Assembly (NCBI GenBank): GCA_965228855.1
Contig: CBDDIJ010000003.1
Span: forward strand, 2,144,001 to 2,208,000
Reading direction: 5' to 3'
DNA: 64,000 nt
From: Candidatus Obscuribacterales bacterium
GTDB lineage: Bacteria; Cyanobacteriota; Vampirovibrionia; Obscuribacterales; Obscuribacteraceae
Positions 17,667-24,902 of the stretch are shown here, piece by piece. A model generated the notes under the pieces. It searched no databases. It saw only the letters and a program-made list of their open reading frames with translations, and was not told the origin of the DNA. Made by a program: the position numbers and the translations under genes. How positions within the stretch are numbered: position 1 is the stretch's first letter; the number at the start of each line of letters is the position of its first letter.

Positions 17667-20246
17667 TTGAGTAACTCTGACCTCGAATTTGAGAACTATG
17701 AAATCGTCTCCAAGCTTGGAGAGGGTGGATTCAGCAACGTCTACCTGGCGATCCAAAAAACATTGGATCGAAGAGTTGTTCTGAAGGTTTTAAAAACAAA
17801 CTCAATAAACAACCGCGCGATCGTTAGATTCCAAAACGAAGCCAAAGCACTTAGCAAACTCAACCATCCCAATATCGCCTCGGTCTATGATTTTGGGCAG
17901 TCGTCAAAGGGAGATCTCTATCTCACCATCGAGTTTGTCGACGGCGACGATTTATCCACCCTGATTCAACAGCAAGAATTCATCGAAGTCGATGATGCGA
18001 TCGACATCATAATTCAGCTATGTAAAGCCCTCGATCATGCTCACCAACTCGGAATTATCCATCGTGACATCAAGCCGGCCAACGTAGTAATAACCCACTC
18101 GAGCACACCCGAAGGTGAGGCTGACATCAGCCGGCTGCACGCGAAACTGCTGGACTTCGGAATATCGAAATTGACCGAGGACGCCACCGAATTTAGTGCC
18201 GTTACGGTCGGCTCGAATCTGCTCGGTTCACCGCTGTTCATGAGCCCCGAGCAGTGTGAAGGAAAACCGATTTCGAAGTTCAGCGACCACTATTCACTTG
18301 GATGTGTTTTCTACAATATGCTCTGCGGGCAGCCTCCGTTTTTAGGCGAAACAGCGCTGTTGACCATGATGATGCATCAAAACGAACAAGCCGAACCATT
18401 ATCGAAAGTATCATCGCAGGATCTTCCCGACGGGATTGAAAAGATAGTCAACAAATTGATGTCTAAAAATCCAGGTGAGCGATACGCCTGCCTCTTGCAG
18501 GTCATCGAAGAACTTGAAAGTTTACGCACGCCGCCAGTCGAAAGTGAAGATACAGCCGACCCGGAGCCGCCTACTGCGCAGCGCAAATTCAGCAAGGCAA
18601 TGTTAGTCGGAGTAACATCAGTTCTTCTGTCTGTCAGTGCCGTTGCGCTCTCGTTGTTGTTCTTAAATATGAAAAATGACCTTTCATCTTCTGGCACCGA
18701 GTCTGGTGACAAAGCTACTGACTCGCTTTTTCCGCCACTTCCGACGACAGAGGAATCTTTCCAGAGAAAAGCTCAATCTCAGAAGGATTTCGAATATATC
18801 AATAAGCTTGCGGGCGACGAAGATATGCCTGAGATAGCTAGAAATCCCAAAATTCAGGTTGTGAACATTCCCAAAACGGGTATCACCGGCAATGCCCTGA
18901 GAGCTCTAAAATCTCTGAAATTAATGGTTCTAGATGTTTCTTACTGCAAATACCTGGGATCGTTAGACTTTTTAGAAGATCTTCCCTGGATTCAAATTCT
19001 TGATCTACATGATACCGAGATTGGTGACAAAGATTTGGCTTATGTGAGCAAACTCAAGAATCTCAAAGGGTTGAGAATTGATGGCTGTAAGCTCACTAAT
19101 AGCGGGTTGAGGCAACTTTTGAAGTCAGACTCGCTTGTTAAAGTTATGCTGCCTACCAACGCGGCGGTCGATCTACAAACTATCAAGAAGTTACATGAGG
19201 AACTTCCGCAATGCTCATTTCTTCCACGTTATAAGAAGAGCAAGATCGACTTGCGCACCGAGCAGCTCGGCATAAGCGATCCGTACAAATTAGCGATTGA
19301 GCTCAACAAAACTCCTCATTTGAGACAAACATCAACTTGCTACCTGAAAAATTTAGCCACCATATGCCAGATCCTCCTCATATCCGGCAAATCGGAAGAG
19401 GCAGGGAAGAACATCAAGCGACTCACGACGCTGAGCTTGCAGAGCGGAAATCAGAATGCAATTGCAACGGCGTATCACACTCGTGCCGAGTATGAAGCGA
19501 ATCATGGAAATTTTGCCGAGGCATACTATCTAAGCGAAAAATCACTTCCATTGTTTCGTGCCACAGTGCAGGTAGGTGATCCGGCGATTGTATCTGTCTA
19601 TCATGCATTCAACATCCTTTTATCGAGAATTGGCCACAAAGAAAGAGCAGTGACCGTCGCCGAGGAAGGACTTAAATTATTTGAGCAGTATCATGAACCC
19701 AATCTTGACCGCTCAGTAAAGCAGCATCCTTCGTCCGCGCCAATGGACGCGGTCGCAATGCGTGAGATGGTCGGTCTCTACTACTTATACGATAAACATA
19801 ACAGGGCAAAGGCAGCACCGCTGTTTGCAAAAAATATTGAGCTCCTCAACTGGCTGACCCCCAGTGCGAATGTGCTAAAGGCCAGAAATCTTATCGAATT
19901 AGCTCATAGCGAGACAAATAAAGACAAACGAATGCGACACTATTTAGAGGGAATGACTATCGTCAAAGATCTGAATTTCCCCGACGAAGATAATGCCATA
20001 ACGAGCTACTGTGATGCCGCTTTTAGCCTGGCTCAGCTCTATGACGAACAGTCAAATTCAGAGGCGGCAATCATCGAATTGCATCGAGCGCTCGCAGCGT
20101 TGCAACGCCAGAAAACTCTCGACACCTCTCGCGACGAGGTCTATCGCAAGGCACTCTTTCAATACCTCTCGAAGGCAGGAAAAACAGCAGAGGCTCACTC
20201 TGCCGCGGAAGAATTCGAGCATCGTTATCACAAGAAACCAATTTAG
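17667..20246 (+). CDS. Hanks-type Ser/Thr kinase with TM helix, LRR and TPR-like C-terminal domains
   Basis: LGEGGFSNVY, VLKVL, IHRDIKPAN, DFG, GSPLFMSPE; one TM helix; LRRs (LDVSYC, LDLHDTEIGD); helical TPR-like tail. Confidence 0.92.
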   Translation: MSNSDLEFENYEIVSKLGEGGFSNVYLAIQKTLDRRVVLKVLKTNSINNRAIVRFQNEAKALSKLNHPNIASVYDFGQSSKGDLYLTIEFVDGDDLSTLIQQQEFIEVDDAIDIIIQLCKALDHAHQLGIIHRDIKPANVVITHSSTPEGEADISRLHAKLLDFGISKLTEDATEFSAVTVGSNLLGSPLFMSPEQCEGKPISKFSDHYSLGCVFYNMLCGQPPFLGETALLTMMMHQNEQAEPLSKVSSQDLPDGIEKIVNKLMSKNPGERYACLLQVIEELESLRTPPVESEDTADPEPPTAQRKFSKAMLVGVTSVLLSVSAVALSLLFLNMKNDLSSSGTESGDKATDSLFPPLPTTEESFQRKAQSQKDFEYINKLAGDEDMPEIARNPKIQVVNIPKTGITGNALRALKSLKLMVLDVSYCKYLGSLDFLEDLPWIQILDLHDTEIGDKDLAYVSKLKNLKGLRIDGCKLTNSGLRQLLKSDSLVKVMLPTNAAVDLQTIKKLHEELPQCSFLPRYKKSKIDLRTEQLGISDPYKLAIELNKTPHLRQTSTCYLKNLATICQILLISGKSEEAGKNIKRLTTLSLQSGNQNAIATAYHTRAEYEANHGNFAEAYYLSEKSLPLFRATVQVGDPAIVSVYHAFNILLSRIGHKERAVTVAEEGLKLFEQYHEPNLDRSVKQHPSSAPMDAVAMREMVGLYYLYDKHNRAKAAPLFAKNIELLNWLTPSANVLKARNLIELAHSETNKDKRMRHYLEGMTIVKDLNFPDEDNAITSYCDAAFSLAQLYDEQSNSEAAIIELHRALAALQRQKTLDTSRDEVYRKALFQYLSKAGKTAEAHSAAEEFEHRYHKKPI

Positions 20247-20369
20247 CCGGTGGAGACGTTCTTGTCGCTATCAATACCGGAAGCTCGCTCGTCGCTTCCA
20301 TTACCAGTGGTATCGCCAACGGTGCATAAAGGCAACGCGGCATTCAACCGGCGCATGGCACGCTCGGAA

Positions 20370-21593
20370 CTACACCCAGCTCCACTGCATGCGTTGAGGA
20401 ACGCGCATGTTTAGCTCTTCAAGAGCCTCATCAAGACTGATGTCTTTCTTCACGCAAAGTCCCAGCAATTCCACCGCTTGTGTTCGAGGAAGATACCCGA
20501 AGCGCATCAGAGTTTGAACCCGAAGGGTTTTGTAGAGGACTTCCTCAGTGAGTAACTTAGAGTCTAGAAGCAGCTTGCCAATTTTGACGGCACTATCGGT
20601 ATTTGCCATCGCCTGTTCCAATTCCTCGCGTTTGCAAACCTCAGACTCTACGAGCAGGTCTCCCAGCCTCGTGTTTGAATCCGGCTTGTGCAGCAATTGA
20701 TATTCCGCGATTGTTGCGTACACATCGCTGTTCTCTTTGATTACTCGGCGAAGCGCTTCTGCCGCTTGGAAAGGCTTCAACGTACCCTTATTTATACTGC
20801 CCTGCAATGTCTCAGCCGATTCAAGCTGGTCTCGAGTAATAATGCCTCTTTCGACAAGAATCTGGCCAAAGGGCTTTTTCTTGAAAAGCTCTATTTCCAG
20901 ACACTCAGCCATCTCCTCCATCGTCACGAGGTTGGCCATCTCGAACAGCTCGCCAACGCGAGTAGTCTTAGCGTCAGGGTGAATGAAAAAGCCCAGCTCG
21001 AATAAAGCCTGCTCGAAGGAGACTTCGCGTTTTCTCGCATAACGCAGTCCCTGCGCGGCTTTATCCTTATCAAGACCGGTCTCTCTCATCATGTATACAG
21101 CACTCAGCGCCGTATACAGCTGTTTGGTAGTCAGTTTGTCATCCGTGAGCAGCCACTGGCCGATCATCATGCCGGCGTCTGTTGAGTGCTTAAGCGCATT
21201 GCCCAGGTCTTCCCGACTCAGCATCTTGGCGGACATCAGCAGCTGAGTAAGTTCGTTCGTAGCAGATACGACAATATGAGTCTGCTGGTGCAGCTTTTCA
21301 ATCGACTTGACTGCGTCTTCAAGAGAAACTTTGTTCTGTATCACCAGGCGAACAGCTCTGATGGCCATATCTAGCGTTATCTTTTTCTCTTCTACTTGCT
21401 TGAGCGCCTTTATGGGCGCTTCTAGTTTATCGGCTTCCGTAATTCCAGCGTCTACTAATGCTTCCTGGAGTTCGAGGTCTAGCTCGGCAGCGAGCTTGGT
21501 TCCGGCTTCAACTTGCTCGCGAGTTAAGACACCACTGCCCAGGAGTATTGGCACGAGCTGGGAGGACTGAGTATCTTTACTGGATGTGGTCAC
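20370..21593 (-). CDS. Protein built of repeated MshEN-like (GSPII N-terminal, c-di-GMP-binding) motifs, with no ATPase domain
   Basis: RVGELFEMANLV, PFGQILVERGII, RLGDLLVESEVC, KIGKLLLDSKLL, MIGQWLLTDDKL and further degenerate copies; probable GTG start at 21593. Confidence 0.75.
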   Translation of the reverse strand: MTTSSKDTQSSQLVPILLGSGVLTREQVEAGTKLAAELDLELQEALVDAGITEADKLEAPIKALKQVEEKKITLDMAIRAVRLVIQNKVSLEDAVKSIEKLHQQTHIVVSATNELTQLLMSAKMLSREDLGNALKHSTDAGMMIGQWLLTDDKLTTKQLYTALSAVYMMRETGLDKDKAAQGLRYARKREVSFEQALFELGFFIHPDAKTTRVGELFEMANLVTMEEMAECLEIELFKKKPFGQILVERGIITRDQLESAETLQGSINKGTLKPFQAAEALRRVIKENSDVYATIAEYQLLHKPDSNTRLGDLLVESEVCKREELEQAMANTDSAVKIGKLLLDSKLLTEEVLYKTLRVQTLMRFGYLPRTQAVELLGLCVKKDISLDEALEELNMRVPQRMQWSWV

Positions 21594-21943
21594 CTTTGCA
21601 CCTTGATAAAAAAATGCGTTTTCTCGGTCCATCTCGCCATGGACACTATTCAAATGTTACCCGAAATTTGGGTTTCACATCCTTTGTTTGAACACGATTT
21701 TTATCCGGTATATGCAATCGGGCTCGGCTTGGACAGAATTCTGCAAGGGAGCCGAAGCAGCACCGCCGCACTTTATCGGTCCGGTCCTGGTCCCCAAGTC
21801 GGTCCGGACCTGGCGCCCGAGTCGATCGAATTCGGGTCTGCCAGTCGATCCAACGTTCGTCAGTGGTAGGGTCTTGGCAGTTGTTATCGCCGCGTCAGTA
21901 TTAATGTCCGTGTCGGTCTTTGCCGTTTCGCGTCGTGCTCATC

Positions 21944-23578
21944 TCAGTCATATTCGCCTTCGATAAACCAGGTTTGACACTCGTGGTCGTAAACAAGCAG
22001 CATCATCAGCATCAGATCACTGGCTGCCGGCTGAACCAGAGCCGTGTAATACGACTTGCGCACAGGCTCTTCCCACCACAACCCAGAAAGGCATTCCGGG
22101 TTGGTGATGCTTTGAATTCTGTACAGCCGCCCCTCATAGGTAAAGGCCTGCGGCTTTGTCTTGTGAACCTCCATAAAAACGGCGATCGGACTCGGGTGCC
22201 TTTTCAGAACCAATCCGGAAACTAGCCCGGCGGTGCCTGTTTTCTCTTTGACGTAGTCAACGGCAATCGCGAGCCGCTTCCTTTCGGAAGAGACCACCGA
22301 CAACTCCCTTTTGCCGGAATTCCTTTTGCCTTTTGACGACCGCGTTTGCGTCTCCGTCTGCTTGCGCGACGAGATGGCTGGTTGCCATTCTCCGGCTCGG
22401 TCGGGTGTGTATTGATCAACGGGTACGGGCTTGACGAGAACATTGTCACCTCCATATCGAGTGTTTAACTTTTGAACAAGCAGCAAAAATGATTCTGAGA
22501 AAACGCCGTTCTCTTCGCTTGGAATAATGCCGCTGGCATCGTTAGACAGCACCGGCATTTGCTTGAATACTTCAATCGAAGTCCTGGAGACAATCAGGCG
22601 GAGACTGGTAAACTCCTTTTCAAGCCGTTTGTTCTCAATTGATAATCGCAATACTTCCAGTAAAAATTTGCTCTGGCTCGAAGGACGAATTAATCGAACG
22701 GTTCGCTCATCAAACAAATCCTCATCCGAATAAAAACAGACTACAATTTCCTCCGCACATAACCCCTTTTCTATCAATAATTGGGTGAGCCGATCGAGCA
22801 TTGACTTAATCACAAAAAGCGTGTCGTTGAGAGCTTCTATGGGACCACCCATATCAACGTAACACTGAAACTCGGTTTCAATTTTCGGCAAAGAGGGCTG
22901 ACGTGCGTCAATACCAGAAGCCAGGCTGTAGGCAAGCAATCCTTCTGATTCAAATCGCGATGCCACCTCATCAACGGGCAATGCGGTCAACTGACCCATT
23001 CGTTCGATTCCTAGCCCATAGAAGATCTCTCTGAGCTCACTTTTGATTGGCAGAAAATCAATTGAAAGCGTTGACAGAAACTGCCGATCCTTGCCATGCT
23101 CCACTATGTGCCAGCGACATTTTTTATTTTGCGCCGCCACAATTGCAGCAAAAGCACTGTCAGCCATTCCGATACTACATTCGGTGTATCCTTTCCGACT
23201 TACAAATTTCAAAACGTCTCTTGCGAAATAATTTTCACCTCCTAGAAGTGAGAGTCCATCGGCATCTATCAGGAAAGTTCCGACCTGACATGCCGACACT
23301 CGCGGAGAACAAGCCACCAATTCAGCAAGCATTTCCTTCTGCGCTTTTATATAAATGTGTTCGTCGTAATCCCTCCAAATTAGTTCAGAACAAACAGCTC
23401 TTGCTTCAGAGAGTCTCATGCCGACTCTGACGTATTTCCGCTCAGCCTCAGCCGAACAAAGTAAAACCCTTGATCGTCCGCCGATTAAAACAAATGGCTT
23501 TCCCTTAAGCTCAGGCTCATGCTTTTGCTGTACGACGATCTGGAATCTGGGGATGCGTAAACAAGCGATTCGGGACAT
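21944..23578 (-). CDS. imuB: ImuB, catalytically inactive Y-family polymerase accessory protein
   Basis: RIACLRIPRF, VGMRLSEARAVC, SPRV, degenerate LIDADG, GIERMGQL, clamp-like QMPVL, C-terminal PEC..GLWW..WFIEGEYD. Confidence 0.88.
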   Translation of the reverse strand: MSRIACLRIPRFQIVVQQKHEPELKGKPFVLIGGRSRVLLCSAEAERKYVRVGMRLSEARAVCSELIWRDYDEHIYIKAQKEMLAELVACSPRVSACQVGTFLIDADGLSLLGGENYFARDVLKFVSRKGYTECSIGMADSAFAAIVAAQNKKCRWHIVEHGKDRQFLSTLSIDFLPIKSELREIFYGLGIERMGQLTALPVDEVASRFESEGLLAYSLASGIDARQPSLPKIETEFQCYVDMGGPIEALNDTLFVIKSMLDRLTQLLIEKGLCAEEIVVCFYSDEDLFDERTVRLIRPSSQSKFLLEVLRLSIENKRLEKEFTSLRLIVSRTSIEVFKQMPVLSNDASGIIPSEENGVFSESFLLLVQKLNTRYGGDNVLVKPVPVDQYTPDRAGEWQPAISSRKQTETQTRSSKGKRNSGKRELSVVSSERKRLAIAVDYVKEKTGTAGLVSGLVLKRHPSPIAVFMEVHKTKPQAFTYEGRLYRIQSITNPECLSGLWWEEPVRKSYYTALVQPAASDLMLMMLLVYDHECQTWFIEGEYD

Positions 23579-24380
23579 GAGTATTCAACCTGGTTTCCAT
23601 ATTCTGTGTCATACCATCACGAGAAATAAATCCTTGAATGGCAGGTGTAATCATGGCAATGCCATTCATACCGTTTTCATAACTAATCGGAGCCGTCCAT
23701 TTGAATTGCATACTGGTATGAGTACCCCAGCCACTACCTGTGGTGCCATTCAAATTGGCTCTAAAATGCTGATCCCTCAAAATAATCAATGCAGACTTTG
23801 AACGTTCCAGAGCTCTTTTCAAGCGCGCAAAGGTTCTATCCGAAAGAGATATCGATGCGCCCATATCAAATACAATGGCATCAAAAACGGCGCTTCGAAT
23901 CAATTGTTCTACCACCCAACAGGCTTCCAGACGGATGTCCTTTTTTCGGGCAACGTTGTTTTCAGCTTCATCCGAATTGTCCTGCTGAGCGAGATTTTCA
24001 CTGACTCTCACCGCAAAGAATTCACCGTTAGTGTGGCTCTTTCGTTGCATCATATTCAGTGGCACAGGTCCACACAAACCTTCGCGCACGAAAGCCCAAT
24101 CCCCAGCAACCAAGCGGCTGAAAGTGTCTACATATGCTACATTCAACCCGCTTGCGCACCAGTAAGTTACTGCCCCTCTAAGCAGCGTAGACTTGCCGGA
24201 AGAAGAAATTCCCGTCCATTCACTGATTTGTCGTCTGGCAAACCCGGAAGCGATACCAGCATCGATATCACGAATCCCGGTACGCAGGATTTTGTCACCA
24301 TCTGCCCCGGTGAGCCATTTCCCGGGAAACAGCTGCTCGAGTTGTTGTTTTAAGACGGCTACATTTGCATTCATGCGCAT
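23517..24380 (-). CDS. imuA: ImuA, RecA-like mutagenesis cassette protein
   Basis: LRTGIRDID, Walker A GISSSGKST, VAYVD, FDAIVFD; overlaps the imuB start. Confidence 0.8.
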   Translation of the reverse strand: MRMNANVAVLKQQLEQLFPGKWLTGADGDKILRTGIRDIDAGIASGFARRQISEWTGISSSGKSTLLRGAVTYWCASGLNVAYVDTFSRLVAGDWAFVREGLCGPVPLNMMQRKSHTNGEFFAVRVSENLAQQDNSDEAENNVARKKDIRLEACWVVEQLIRSAVFDAIVFDMGASISLSDRTFARLKRALERSKSALIILRDQHFRANLNGTTGSGWGTHTSMQFKWTAPISYENGMNGIAMITPAIQGFISRDGMTQNMETRLNTHVPNRLFTHPQIPDRRTAKA

Positions 24381-24656
24381 CACCACTTCTGCCTGACAAG
24401 AAGTCAGCCAGTCCAAAGCCACCACCAACTAAGCAAGCACACAGACTTACAACGACGTTTTGGCGCCGCCTCCACGGCGTTAGAACCTCGAAGCAATTCC
24501 AACGACTTCTTCCGTCGCCTACAAGCAATTAGTAGACAGCAAACCGCGCAAGAAACGCGAGACTTTCACCCCGCCTTCCACACACAGCCTCCGCCTGAGC
24601 AAATCTCTCAGCCGCAGCAGCTGCTACTAACCCCTACTTTTACAACCAGTAAAACC

Positions 24657-24685
24657 ATTCTACCCATACATCCGTATGGCGTCAA
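24657..24685 (-). promoter_or_regulatory. Sigma70 promoter of imuA-imuB (TTGACG-N17-TAGAAT) with palindromic operator CCATAC-N4-GTATGG in the spacer
   Basis: Minus strand TTGACG CCATACGGATGTATGGG TAGAAT; palindrome at 24664-24679. Confidence 0.8.
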
Positions 24686-24902
24686 GTAAAAATCCGCCTA
24701 TCGGCAAAGCCATCCCCGCCCCCAGCGCCCGCATAACCCTCAAAATCCCCACCACGTGGGAAAAACCGCCCCCCGCGGTCACAAATAAGTCACGCAACAT
24801 CCATAAACTCAATTCATAAGGCTGAACAAGCCTTCGAGAAATCGATGAGTCTCTGACTGGCGTTGACGGGACAACTATCGACCCCATCACCAAAAACGGT
24901 GT

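Noticed and set aside
14217..21653. Mobile element or prophage inserted between imuB and dnaE2
   Set aside because: No integrase, transposase, att repeats or phage genes seen; the intervening genes are ordinary chromosomal functions
21721..21830. GAAGCAGC and GC-rich repeats suggesting SRP or 6S RNA
   Set aside because: Lacks the CAGG..GGAA..AGCAG domain IV geometry; only short direct repeats are present
23709..23720. CATAC-TG-GTATG palindrome resembling the candidate SOS box
   Set aside because: Spacer is 2 rather than 4 nt, and it lies inside the imuA coding sequence
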